Assembly: GCA_963977445.1 (NCBI GenBank)
Contig: CAXBPH010000081.1
Span: 1 to 26,232 of the forward strand
Origin: an uncultured bacterium
GTDB lineage: Bacteria; Hydrogenedentota; Hydrogenedentia; Hydrogenedentales; JAEUWI01
DNA length: 26,232 bases
Direction: 5' to 3'
Positions 1 through 9,134 of this stretch are shown here, piece after piece (positions within the stretch are counted from its first letter, which is position 1; each line of letters starts with the position of its first letter). The position numbers were made by a program, and so were the translations under genes. The notes beneath the pieces are model-generated. The model had not been told where the DNA came from. It made no database searches and saw only the letters and a list, made by a program, of their open reading frames with translations.

Positions 1-175
1 CGGTGGCAGAACGCCTAATCTGCTACTTGATTTTTATCTATCATGGATGTCCCGTGGTTTGCGTAGTTGGCGTTGCGATTACTACGAGAACGGCAGGACA
101 GCCCCCGCCTGGGAATATTCACACGAACCGGCAGGACCGGATCGCCCACCTGCGGCGCGTCGATGACGTGGCACA

Positions 176-203
176 GCAGTCCCTCAGGGACTGCCACGGA
201 CAT
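176..203. repeat. REP-like palindrome (GCAGTCCC-TCA-GGGACTGC family)
   Basis: Perfect 8-bp stem at 176-183/187-194. The reverse complement of 187-205 (cgatgtccgtggcagtccc) resembles gacgtccgtgactgtcc at 10284 and 12157, and gcagtccc recurs at 10377 and 12060. Confidence 0.5.
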
Positions 204-253
204 CGTGCCAACGGATATACATGGGGATGTCGGACATCACGTGATCGTGATAG

Positions 254-280
254 CTGGGAGCGCCGGCGGCCCGCCGGCAT
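254..280. repeat. REP-like GC-rich palindrome
   Basis: ctgggagc-gccggcg-gcc-cgccggc: 7-bp stem at 262-268/272-278, resembling intergenic palindromes common in PVC-type genomes. Confidence 0.5.
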
Positions 281-286
281 AGCGCC

Positions 287-318
287 AAAAAAAGAACCCG
301 CCACAGGGACGGGTTCTT
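287..318 (-). terminator. Rho-independent terminator after the DUF1552 gene
   Basis: Stem aagaacccg (292-300) / cgggttctt (310-318) with an A run at 287-293 (U tract on minus), about 30 nt downstream of the stop at 347. Confidence 0.8.
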
Positions 319-346
319 ATACAAAATGTTCTTCTGATTCAGCGCG

Positions 347-1729
347 CTAGCAGAAGGGATTGTAGTCCTTGTAACGCGAGGTGATGAGCATGTCTTCGAT
401 GAGCCCATTGCTGTCGCCGAAGGCTTCGGTCTCGACACCCATAGCACCGAGCATGGTCTGGTACAGGTTGCACAGGGGCGTGTTCTTTTCGCTTGCGATG
501 TGCTGTCCGGCCTGGAGCTGGCCACCGGCTTTACCGGCCACCAGGATGGGCAGGTTGTTCGGGTCGTGGCGGTTGCCGTCGGAGATACTCGAACCAAACA
601 GGATCATGCTGTTGTCGAGGAGATTGCTTTCCCCTTCCGGCGTCGCTTTCAGTTTGCCGAGGAGGTAGGCATATTGCGCCGCGTGCCAGCGGTTAATTTC
701 CGTGTACTGCTTGATCTTTTCTTCCTTGTTCTCGTGGTGGGAAAGCTGATGGTGTCCATCATGTACCCCGGGAACAAAAGAGAAATTACGACCGGATACG
801 TCATTGGCAAACATGAAGGACTGGATACGGGTCGAATCGGTCTGGAAGGCCAGCACCATGAGATCCAACATGATCCGTACATGTTCGGCAAAGTCACCGG
901 GGCGATTAAAATTGTCGCCAGCGGGCACATCGACTTCTGCCGGTTCCCATTCACGGGGATCGGGCTTCATGGCGAATTCGATACGTTCTTCCACCGCCCG
1001 GACGGAGTCCATATATTCATCCAGCTTCACCTGGTCATCGCGACCAAGCTGACGGCGGAGGCGTTTGGCATCCTGAAGGGCCAGGTCGAGGAAGCTCTGG
1101 TAATCAGCCTTCCGTTGGGTATTCAAGGTCGTGCCTTTTTCCCCGAAGAGACGCTCATAGACATAACGGGGATTGATTTCTTTGGCCACAGGCTGGGTAG
1201 CGGAACGCCAGGAGATGTACGAGCCGTAGAGACGCGTAAATCCCACGTTGCTGTCAATACCCGAGATGACCGGGTCGATGCCCAATTCCAGGGAGGGCAG
1301 GGGCGTCAGGTGGCCGAGCTGTTTGGCGGCCAACTGGTCCATGGAAATACCACCCACACTGATATCTTTACCCGTGGTCTTAACGACAGGCTCACCGGTG
1401 AGGAAATTGGCCGTTTTGGCGTAGTGTCCGTCACCGCGACGACTGTTGGCCTTGTCGAGTCCGGAAAAGACCGTGAAATCGTTCTTAAACTCTTTCAGGG
1501 GCTCGAGGGCATAGGAAAGGGCATAGTCCATACCTGTTTCCTCGGGAATCCAGCTGTTTTGCCAGACACCATTGGGAAAATAGAGGCAGGCCATACGAAC
1601 GGGTGCTTTGACAGCACTCGCAGCGGCGTTGACGGGCATCATGGCATCCAACGCAGGCAGGGCCATCGCTGCACCCATACCACGCAACATGGTGCGTCGG
1701 GAAATGCGGTGATTTTTGATAATGTTCAT
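347..1729 (-). CDS. DUF1552 family protein (usual partner of DUF1592-type proteins)
   Basis: 460 aa. N-terminal SRRTMLRGMGAAMALPALDAM; motifs YFPNGV, SMDQLAA, SLELG, NPRYVYERLFG, AFQTDSTR, GHHQLSHH, LLDNSMILFGSSISDGNRH, PLCNLY, FGDS. GAGG RBS upstream. Confidence 0.92.
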   Translation of the reverse strand: MNIIKNHRISRRTMLRGMGAAMALPALDAMMPVNAAASAVKAPVRMACLYFPNGVWQNSWIPEETGMDYALSYALEPLKEFKNDFTVFSGLDKANSRRGDGHYAKTANFLTGEPVVKTTGKDISVGGISMDQLAAKQLGHLTPLPSLELGIDPVISGIDSNVGFTRLYGSYISWRSATQPVAKEINPRYVYERLFGEKGTTLNTQRKADYQSFLDLALQDAKRLRRQLGRDDQVKLDEYMDSVRAVEERIEFAMKPDPREWEPAEVDVPAGDNFNRPGDFAEHVRIMLDLMVLAFQTDSTRIQSFMFANDVSGRNFSFVPGVHDGHHQLSHHENKEEKIKQYTEINRWHAAQYAYLLGKLKATPEGESNLLDNSMILFGSSISDGNRHDPNNLPILVAGKAGGQLQAGQHIASEKNTPLCNLYQTMLGAMGVETEAFGDSNGLIEDMLITSRYKDYNPFC

Positions 1730-1756
1730 GATATTTCCTCGTTACTACTTGCTTCT

Positions 1757-1786
1757 ACTATACCGTTGGACCGCGCATTCTCGCAA
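1757..1786 (-). promoter_or_regulatory. Putative sigma70 promoter of the DUF1552 gene
   Basis: Minus strand TTGCGA (1786-1781), 18-nt spacer, TATAGT (1762-1757), ending 27 nt before the ATG. Confidence 0.5.
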
Positions 1787-1797
1787 GGTGATGTCAG

Positions 1798-2137
1798 CCA
1801 AGGCAATCGCGTTAAAATCAATAGCAGTCCTTAGCTCCGGAGGAGCGACAGTCAATAGCCTGGGGCGTAAGCTCCAGGAAACCTGACCCCATCTTCTTGA
1901 ATCCGCGACGCGGATGGCAGGTTTTTCGCAGCCTATCTTCCATCCGCTTCGCGGATTCATAAACAAAACGCCACCTGATCCTGGGACTAACGTCCCAGGC
2001 TATTGACTGTCGTCCGTCCTCCTACGGCGGATCTTTCGACTGCGGACTGTAGGCCAAGCCAACGGAGGCTCTCGATACAGGAGACTACGAGTTGGTGGTC
2101 ATGCAACTGGACACCGGTTTTAATGCGATTGCCCTGG
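1798..2137. mobile_element. MITE-like element with 20-bp terminal inverted repeats enclosing nested REP hairpins
   Basis: ccaaggcaatcgcgttaaaa (1798-1817) matches the reverse complement of 2118-2137 at 18/20. Internal inverted pairs at 1846-1879/1979-2012 and 1898-1917/1940-1959. No transposase and no clean target-site duplication. Confidence 0.6.
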
Positions 2138-2221
2138 GGTGTCGGCATGATTGCCCGACTCGCCAAGGGCGAAGTAATGCAGGAACCTATCGGAAACGTG
2201 GTGACACGAAACGTGTCTGAG

Positions 2222-3745
2222 TCAGCCAACCGCCTTAAATTGAAAGGCGTAGAGGCTTGCGTTGGTAATATGGAAGCGAACCCGTATGGTCTTTCCTGCG
2301 AGGGCACTGACATCACCACCGTTTTTCCAGGTGACCGGCATGCGGACGGAATTGCGCGCGATTGGAATCGCATCCTTCTTGGTAAAGCCTTCGATAGGGC
2401 TGAAGTCCTGATTCAAGAACTCTACATAGACCGCGCCACCACCGGCGGAGTCCACATTCAACTCGAGTGCTTCGCCTTCAAAACGAATCGGGGGCGTGGT
2501 AAATTGTCCGCCACTATAGTCGCCGTCCACAGAGACAAAGCCATCCAGCCGCAGTACCGCACGGCCGATGCCCGAAAGATCTTCGGTAGCCGCCGGGTCG
2601 AGCTTGTTACTCGGCGCATGGTCGCGGTTGGAGCCCACGTAGTAAATCCAGAGTTCATCGCCCATGGGAACGGGGTTGGGCAGGGCCCAGAGGAAACGCG
2701 AATCGAAACGGCCTTCCGGCCCCAGGCTCATGAAGGGTCGACGACCGCCAACACGTTCGAAGTGCTCGGCGTCACGGCTCACCGCCAGTTGGACATCAAT
2801 GGTCGCAGGTCCCAGGCCGGCTTCTTCCCAGGCCATCCAGGCCCACGTGGACTGGGCGAGCATGAGATACGCCCGGTCGGCTTCTCCATAGGGAAATACC
2901 GCTGCGCCGTAAAAGTCGACGGCAGGCCGTTCCTGCAGCCGTCCATGGATGTCCCAATCGGCATCGTCGGGCGTCATGACGACCTGCTCATTGTCCCACG
3001 TCATTAAGTCATCGGACTCCAGCCGTCGGACCGTGCGGTAACGCTTGATCAGGTCCAGGTTCAGTGCCCAGAGTCGTGTGAAAAACAGATAGCGCTTGAT
3101 ACCGGGGTCCCAGAATATGATGTTCTGCGTGTCGATATGCCCGACCTTCGGAATCCCGAAGAGTTGCCAATGGAGGCCATCGGGCGAACTGTGCATCTCA
3201 AGTTGTTCGGAGGGATAGACCTTGGTCTGTGTTTTGTATCGGTGCGCTGCCGGGGCGTTGGGATCTATCCACACGGCGGCCCCTGCGATACGTGGTCCCG
3301 GGAGCACCACGTTATTCGCCGTTGACCCGTCAACCTCATGCAGACCCAGTGCGGGCTTCGTGAAATGAATGCCATCTTCCGATTCGGCGTAGCAAACGCG
3401 GATTTCGGCATCGTCCTTTCCCCGTCGCTGGTCATACCACAGGCGGACCTTTCCATCTTCCTTGAGCACGCAGGAGTAGATACCAATGCGTTGCTCTTTA
3501 CCTGCCGGATCCATCTCCCACGGCTGGTCGGGCTGGATGAGAATCTGGCCGTCCCGGTAGGGCTTGTGCATGGTGAGCGCTACGCCGTCGGCCATGTCGA
3601 GGAAGAAGCCATCGAGAAAAACCTGCTTCTTCGAACCCACGTCAACCACGCCGTCGGTGGCCCCTCCCGTTGTGGCGAAAAGGGGCCCCGCGAGCGCTAC
3701 GGCGCACAGCGCCAGGAGCGGACTTCTCTTCCTAAGGTTAAGCAT
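2222..3745 (-). CDS. Secreted beta-propeller glycoside-hydrolase-like protein (GH32/43/130-like fold, family uncertain)
   Basis: Signal peptide (RKRSPLLALCAVALAGPLFA); Asp-box-like motifs AESEDGIHF, SSPDGLHW, ESDDLMTW, VSRDAEHF; C-terminal LRLDGFVS followed by a beta-rich domain. ATG at 3745 lies 1 nt after the upstream stop; the ORF track uses the alternative start at 3760. Confidence 0.75.
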   Translation of the reverse strand: MLNLRKRSPLLALCAVALAGPLFATTGGATDGVVDVGSKKQVFLDGFFLDMADGVALTMHKPYRDGQILIQPDQPWEMDPAGKEQRIGIYSCVLKEDGKVRLWYDQRRGKDDAEIRVCYAESEDGIHFTKPALGLHEVDGSTANNVVLPGPRIAGAAVWIDPNAPAAHRYKTQTKVYPSEQLEMHSSPDGLHWQLFGIPKVGHIDTQNIIFWDPGIKRYLFFTRLWALNLDLIKRYRTVRRLESDDLMTWDNEQVVMTPDDADWDIHGRLQERPAVDFYGAAVFPYGEADRAYLMLAQSTWAWMAWEEAGLGPATIDVQLAVSRDAEHFERVGGRRPFMSLGPEGRFDSRFLWALPNPVPMGDELWIYYVGSNRDHAPSNKLDPAATEDLSGIGRAVLRLDGFVSVDGDYSGGQFTTPPIRFEGEALELNVDSAGGGAVYVEFLNQDFSPIEGFTKKDAIPIARNSVRMPVTWKNGGDVSALAGKTIRVRFHITNASLYAFQFKAVG

Positions 3746-3746
3746 A

Positions 3747-5684
3747 TCAACTGACCCCATTGCTGTAGCGGTGACGGAAGGGATAGCTCAGCACAATCGT
3801 GTTAATCAATGCGCTGGGGCGAAACTCGTTGGACTTCAGGGCTTCCACACTCTCGTTGATAACGCAGGTGTCGTAGCGGTTCAGCGAGCGGCCCAAGGCG
3901 TAGCCGAGCATTTTCTGCGCCAGATTGTGGGCGAATTGGTCTTGGCGCTCCATCAGAATATTCTTCAACTCGGCGGGCCCTGTAAAGGCCGTGCCCGAAG
4001 GCAACACGCCCGACGCGTCGATAGGCTGATCCGCCTGGGTCGACCGCCAACGGCCGATGGGGTCAAAGTTTTCGAGGCCAAAACCCAGGGGGTCCATTTT
4101 GCTGTGACAACCGGCGCACTCGGCCTTTTCCCGGTGGACTTCCAACTGCTGGCGAAAGGTTAAGCCTTCGGGGCTCTTGCCATCTTCGGGCAGGGTAGGC
4201 ACGTTGGGTGGTGGTGGGGGAACATGTTCGCCGAGGATGCGCTCCATGACCCACATCCCGCGGAGCACCGGACTCGTGCGCAGGGAATGGGAGGTAGAGG
4301 TGAGCACGGCGGCCATGCCCAATACGCCACCCCGGCTGGCGTCTGCAACCTGCACACGCCGTAGTTCGGGGCCTTCGATACCTTCCAGACCATAGAGGGC
4401 GGCCAGGGCATCATTGGCATACATATAATCCGAGCTGATTAATTCCAGGAGACTGCGATCCTCGCGGATGATGCCATTGAAATAGGCGTAGGCCTCCTGT
4501 TTCATCACATCGGCCAGGGCGTCGCTGTATTCCGGAAACATATCGGGGTCGGGCTTCTTGGTCTCGCCCAATTGGGAGATACCCAGCCATTGTCCACCGA
4601 AAAGGCGTCCAAAGGCTTCCGCTTTGGGATCCTGCATCATGCGCTTTACCTGTGCGGCGATTTCATTGGGATCGCGCAGCTTGTCTGCGGCCGCTGCGGC
4701 CATAAGCTCATCATCGGGCATATTGGACCAGAGAAAATAGGAGAGGCGGGACGCCAACTCAAATCCACCCAGCTCATAGTTGCCGATATCAACCGGGTTG
4801 GGCTCGGCAAGGAAAAGAAAGTGGGGCGATACGAGGGCGGCCTTCATGGCCAGTTTCACGGCACCTTCGTAGCTTTCACCCCGGGCCAGGCCGGTGTCGA
4901 ACAGGGCGACGAGCCCTGCGAGGGACTCTTCTGGTGGGGTCCGGCGCCAGGCACGTCGGGCAAAATCATGGACCGCCACGTGGCCCGCTTGGGTGGGGGT
5001 GGTGTCGGCGGTGGGGAAGACCGAAATAACCTGGGCCGCCAACTCCGGGTTGACGGTACCATCTTCGCCTTGGGGCAGGGCCGTTTCCACCGCCAGGTCG
5101 GCCACGCTCAGGTATTTTTCCAACTGAATGGCGGACAGATAGAGGGCGCCACCCATGTTGTCGAATCCTTCACCACCGGAACCATCGGCAGGAAAGTTAT
5201 CCGCCAGATCCAGATTGATACCGAGGAGGTGCTGCACGGTGTTTTCATATTCCATGCGATTCAGCCGGCGGCTCATGACGTCACCGCTGTACCAGGCGAC
5301 GGACTCTTCACTGGCGATGCGATTGCAATCCGTGTTGCTCACATCGAGGGCGGCAATCCAATTGGTGATCAGCCGGCGCTCTTCCTCGGTGGGCTGTTTC
5401 TTCTTGTCCTTCGGCGGCATCTCATTGCCCACAATGCGCTTTGACATGCGTTGCCACACGGCGAGGGAATCGAGGACCTGATCATTACTTTCAAAGCGAT
5501 CGATATTGAGATCGCCCTTCGGTAGGTCGGCATCGTGACAATCGATACAATATTTCACCATGAGGGGGCGGACGGTGTTCTCAAAGTCGAGGGGGGCTTC
5601 CGCACGGGCCGCAGGAGCGGCGACAAGGGTACCCACGAGGCTTGTCGTGAGGGTGGAAGCGGCTAGGAATTTCTGATACCACAT
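3747..5684 (-). CDS. DUF1592/DUF1588/DUF1587/DUF1595/DUF1585 protein with Planctomycete-type cytochrome c domains
   Basis: Signal peptide from MWYQKFLAA; CxxCH motifs CIDCH and CAGCH; MPPKDKKQP-like segment, RRLNRMEYENTV, GFDN, LVSPHFLF, ELASRLSYFLWSNMPDDEL, RTSPVLRGMWVMERILG, MDPLGFGLENFDPIGRWR, YALGR. The ORF-track start at 5810 is probably too far upstream. Confidence 0.92.
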   Translation of the reverse strand: MWYQKFLAASTLTTSLVGTLVAAPAARAEAPLDFENTVRPLMVKYCIDCHDADLPKGDLNIDRFESNDQVLDSLAVWQRMSKRIVGNEMPPKDKKKQPTEEERRLITNWIAALDVSNTDCNRIASEESVAWYSGDVMSRRLNRMEYENTVQHLLGINLDLADNFPADGSGGEGFDNMGGALYLSAIQLEKYLSVADLAVETALPQGEDGTVNPELAAQVISVFPTADTTPTQAGHVAVHDFARRAWRRTPPEESLAGLVALFDTGLARGESYEGAVKLAMKAALVSPHFLFLAEPNPVDIGNYELGGFELASRLSYFLWSNMPDDELMAAAAADKLRDPNEIAAQVKRMMQDPKAEAFGRLFGGQWLGISQLGETKKPDPDMFPEYSDALADVMKQEAYAYFNGIIREDRSLLELISSDYMYANDALAALYGLEGIEGPELRRVQVADASRGGVLGMAAVLTSTSHSLRTSPVLRGMWVMERILGEHVPPPPPNVPTLPEDGKSPEGLTFRQQLEVHREKAECAGCHSKMDPLGFGLENFDPIGRWRSTQADQPIDASGVLPSGTAFTGPAELKNILMERQDQFAHNLAQKMLGYALGRSLNRYDTCVINESVEALKSNEFRPSALINTIVLSYPFRHRYSNGVS

Positions 5685-5960
5685 AATAGCGTAAACAACC
5701 TTCCAACGAATTATCTGGATCCCGACTTCGGGATCGTTGTGGCGTGCCGGGCCACCGATAGGTAAACAACACCTGGATAGTATATGCCGTAGCGCGGGGT
5801 ATAGTTCCATTTCTCAAGGCTTTTATGGAAAAATAACCACACACTCAGGTGGGAAATGGGGCTACAATGGACGCAAAGTGCTATGGGTGGGAAAAAGAAG
5901 ATACCAGGACGTTATATTCCCTTCCCGAACCCCTAATTATTCCAATGAGTAGGAGTTACT

Positions 5961-7529
5961 ATGTTTCGCACCTTTCGTTTTTTTCTAATGGCGGCACTGG
6001 GGCTCGGGACGCTGGATGTTCAGAGCGAATTGCAACAGATCGACGTCGGCGGATCCCTGCAAATCTATGGGAATTATTACACCGACTTTTATGAAAATAA
6101 TGACGAGACCCGCATTGCCCCGAGCGCGATTCAGGGCCGGCCCATTGGCGCGAGCGCCCTTGATGAATTGACTGGCGCCGTCCTGTCGGGGATTCGTGCT
6201 TTTGGTGGTGATGGTGCAGAGGGTGCCGCCTGGGTGGAAACACGGACCGCCCTCCATGTGAATGCCGTATTCACCGATGAGGTTTCCGTCTATATCGGGT
6301 TGGACAGCATTAGCGATTGGGGCACGGATTTTCGCTCGAATTATGTTACGGGACAGGATAGTGCCGGTGGCGGCGATGTAAGTCTTTATCAGGCCTATAT
6401 TGAGTTGAACGAACTTGCCGGATTGCCGGTGCGCCTGCGCTTGGGTCGTCAGGAACTTATCCTCGGCAACGAGTGGCTCGTGGGCAACAATTTCTGGTTC
6501 AACCCTCTCACCTATCTCAGCTTTGATGGTGCGCGCCTGACCTATGGGGCGGACACGTTCACCGTCGATGCATTCTGGATGAAACTCAACGAGAACCTGG
6601 GTGGCTTCGCCAACGGGGATGCCGAACTGTATGGAATTTATGGCAGCTATACCGGGGTGGAAGACTTCGCGTTTGACCTCTATTGGCTCCTGCTCCGCGA
6701 TGGCATTGACTTGGAAGACGTTGCCGGCGGCTACCTCAACGAACGGCTGGAGGACCTCCTGGGTGTCGACAATTACCAGACCACCGCGATACATACCCTT
6801 GGCCTGCGCGGTGCGGGTACGCTTGGCGCCTTCGATCTGGAGGGGGAAATCGCCATCCAGTTCGGCGAAGCCGCGACAACAGGGGCTACGTTTGCTCCCT
6901 ACGTCTACGGCGACGATAGCGCGTCCTACAGCACCTGGGCCGGAAATTTTACGGTGGGCTACACCTTCGCTTCGGCCTGGGCGCCACGTATCTATGTGGG
7001 CGGCGAATATTATGGGGGCGAAGACAATCGTGATCGGTCGCTGTTGGAAGTGATCAACCCCTTTGATAAACCCGATGCCAGCTTTTCATTCAACCGCATC
7101 TTTTCCAGTTGGGAAGTGGACTGGTTTCTCGATGGCGGCAGTCTGTCAAACGTCTGGCTCTTGAAAACCGGTGTTTCTGCAACGCCGACGGAAAAGTTCG
7201 AAGTGGGACTGGACGCCATCTATTTCGAAACGGTAGACCCCTTTCGCAGCCCCGTGCTGGGTCGTTTCGGGCGCAGTCGCCTTCCCGTATATAGCCCATT
7301 CCCCTGGGGTGGTAAGAAAAGCGATGGGACGTTGGGCACAGAAACCATCGCCTGGGTCACCTTTAACTACTCCGACGATCTTCTGTTCGAAGCCGGGTGG
7401 GCCCACTTTTTCACCGGCAAGGGCCTGGAAGAAGGGAATTTTGTCGACCAGAATGGCCTCGGTTTTTATGGCGGCCTCGATCAGGATGATGCCGACTATT
7501 TCTATCTCGGCACCACCCTGACCTTTTAA
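5961..7529 (+). CDS. Alginate-export-family outer-membrane beta-barrel protein
   Basis: AGGAG RBS and signal peptide; LYQAYIE, RLGRQELILGNEWLVG, SFDGARL motifs; alternating aromatic beta strands; C-terminal Phe (YFYLGTTLTF), typical of a BAM substrate. Confidence 0.8.
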   Translation: MFRTFRFFLMAALGLGTLDVQSELQQIDVGGSLQIYGNYYTDFYENNDETRIAPSAIQGRPIGASALDELTGAVLSGIRAFGGDGAEGAAWVETRTALHVNAVFTDEVSVYIGLDSISDWGTDFRSNYVTGQDSAGGGDVSLYQAYIELNELAGLPVRLRLGRQELILGNEWLVGNNFWFNPLTYLSFDGARLTYGADTFTVDAFWMKLNENLGGFANGDAELYGIYGSYTGVEDFAFDLYWLLLRDGIDLEDVAGGYLNERLEDLLGVDNYQTTAIHTLGLRGAGTLGAFDLEGEIAIQFGEAATTGATFAPYVYGDDSASYSTWAGNFTVGYTFASAWAPRIYVGGEYYGGEDNRDRSLLEVINPFDKPDASFSFNRIFSSWEVDWFLDGGSLSNVWLLKTGVSATPTEKFEVGLDAIYFETVDPFRSPVLGRFGRSRLPVYSPFPWGGKKSDGTLGTETIAWVTFNYSDDLLFEAGWAHFFTGKGLEEGNFVDQNGLGFYGGLDQDDADYFYLGTTLTF

Positions 7530-7554
7530 CCGCGACCCCCGTGGTCACCAACCT

Positions 7555-8910
7555 TTAAGGCGTTACCCCGAGGGATGTGAGCGTTACGGTGCGACCGGCC
7601 TGACCATCGGTTTTGGGTATTAAGCTGAATCGGGTTGCCATGCCGGTGTAGTTTTCGGCACCGGCCAGATTGATGGTATAGGTGCGTTGTGTACCGTCGG
7701 GAATCACCTCAAAATTGACGGCCCCGCCGCCCTGTCCCTGGAACCCTTCCCATCGGAGCGTGGCCTCGGTGCTGCCCGTATCAAAGGCGGCCTTGAGATA
7801 AATGGTCGCCACTTCGGCCGTAGACCAGAAGGCACTGGGGCCAACCAGGCGGGGGTGTTCTCCTGTCAGGGCGACGGTCCACGCGCCTTTCAGCACCCAA
7901 CCCGAATCACCCGCGTCGGCCAGGGTCCAGCTTTGCCGACTTGTGGCAAAGCTATAGTCGGGCACCGTGCTCTTCGCGGCGTGTTGATAGACGTAGTCCC
8001 GGATTTGCTCCACCTTGCCCACGATCAAGGTGTAGTCATAGGTATAGGTGATATCGTGGTCGAGGATTTCGCGGCGCGTGGGGGAGATGTAGCCCGTGGG
8101 GCCATCTTTCGGGCCACCCGAACCCGGCGTACCGGCAAAGCCGCCTGTGTAGGCATAGGTGTTGGGTGTCCAGATGCCCAGACCAAAACCATCTTCCCGG
8201 ACCAGGGCCGACCAGTTTTCGGTGGCATACCAACTGTCCCAGGGGCCGCCGGGGGCTTCTGCCGGGGGAATACGCGTATCCCATACCTTATCGATCGTGC
8301 GGAGGGGCGCCCCGGTGAAGGGTTTGTCGCCGTCGTAGGTGAAGAGGCGATAGTAGGTGCCATTGGTGTAGACCGCTGGAAGTTCCTGGCTGCGCGCGGG
8401 GAACTGGGTCTCGTCCTTACGGGCGTTGTTGAGCTGGGAGCGCACCCCCACCGTATTGCCTTCCAGGGTCAACCAGGTCTCAAAGGTACATTGGCCCGGT
8501 TCATTGTCCAGGGGCCAGTGCATGGGGATGCACTTCACATAGAGTTCCGTGTCGCTTTGCTTGTGGTCGATTACTTTGGAGGGATTGTCGAAGGCATCGC
8601 CCGATTGGATGGGATTCCAGCCGATAAAGGTCCAGTTTTTTGCTGGCTCCTTACCACTCGCGGGGATGTAGGGGACCGGTCCGGAGTAGAAGGACATCTG
8701 AATCTGACGGCCCCAGTCGTGGCTGTTGATGATATTTTCTTCTGTGCCCGATTGGGAGAGGTAGGTGATGGCCCCGCCGATATCGAGATTGATGCCAATG
8801 CGGATGGTGCCATTATCGAGATAGCTCATGCCGGAGAATTCGGCGGCATGCACGGGGTTAAGGGCAGATAGAAACGACAGGGCGCACAAAAGAGAGAGGG
8901 CGTACTTCAT
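7555..8910 (-). CDS. Secreted uncharacterised protein, beta-rich, possibly carbohydrate-active
   Basis: Signal peptide MKYALSLLCALSFLSALNPVHA from 8910; conserved-looking motifs GGAITYL, NIINSHDWGRQIQMSFYSGP, WNPIQSGD, QELPAVY, ATENW; rich in Trp, Tyr and Thr. The ORF-track extension to 9135 would overlap the divergent intergenic region. Confidence 0.8.
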   Translation of the reverse strand: MKYALSLLCALSFLSALNPVHAAEFSGMSYLDNGTIRIGINLDIGGAITYLSQSGTEENIINSHDWGRQIQMSFYSGPVPYIPASGKEPAKNWTFIGWNPIQSGDAFDNPSKVIDHKQSDTELYVKCIPMHWPLDNEPGQCTFETWLTLEGNTVGVRSQLNNARKDETQFPARSQELPAVYTNGTYYRLFTYDGDKPFTGAPLRTIDKVWDTRIPPAEAPGGPWDSWYATENWSALVREDGFGLGIWTPNTYAYTGGFAGTPGSGGPKDGPTGYISPTRREILDHDITYTYDYTLIVGKVEQIRDYVYQHAAKSTVPDYSFATSRQSWTLADAGDSGWVLKGAWTVALTGEHPRLVGPSAFWSTAEVATIYLKAAFDTGSTEATLRWEGFQGQGGGAVNFEVIPDGTQRTYTINLAGAENYTGMATRFSLIPKTDGQAGRTVTLTSLGVTP

Positions 8911-9134
8911 GGGAAACCTTTCAACGGAATGAGACGCGACTACACCGCGCACACGAGAAAATGTGCGGACACGCGACTCCGCCCAAGATACGACGGATGA
9001 CGACCCCATTTCCACCCGATGGTCACGCGGGGACGGCCATACCCAACCCCGCGCAACAAGACCCCTCGTCTTTTCCCGCGATAAGGAGTAGGATAGAAGG
9101 CCTGATGCGGTAAAACCCAAAAAGGAGCACCACA

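Noticed and set aside
1..350. Short ORFs at the window start
   Set aside because: No recognisable motifs; the region is occupied by a terminator and palindromic repeats.
500..1834. 444-aa plus-strand ORF, and the similar ORFs 2003-3007, 4572-5444 and 7687-8871
   Set aside because: Antisense shadows of well-supported minus-strand genes; expected from high-GC codon bias, with no recognisable motifs.
5835..5910. GGACGCAAAG motif resembling a c-di-GMP-I riboswitch upstream of the porin gene
   Set aside because: No preceding GCAAAC-stem-GNRA arm or matching downstream stem is evident, and the adjacent TACAAT looks more like a -10 box. An Rfam cmscan would settle it.
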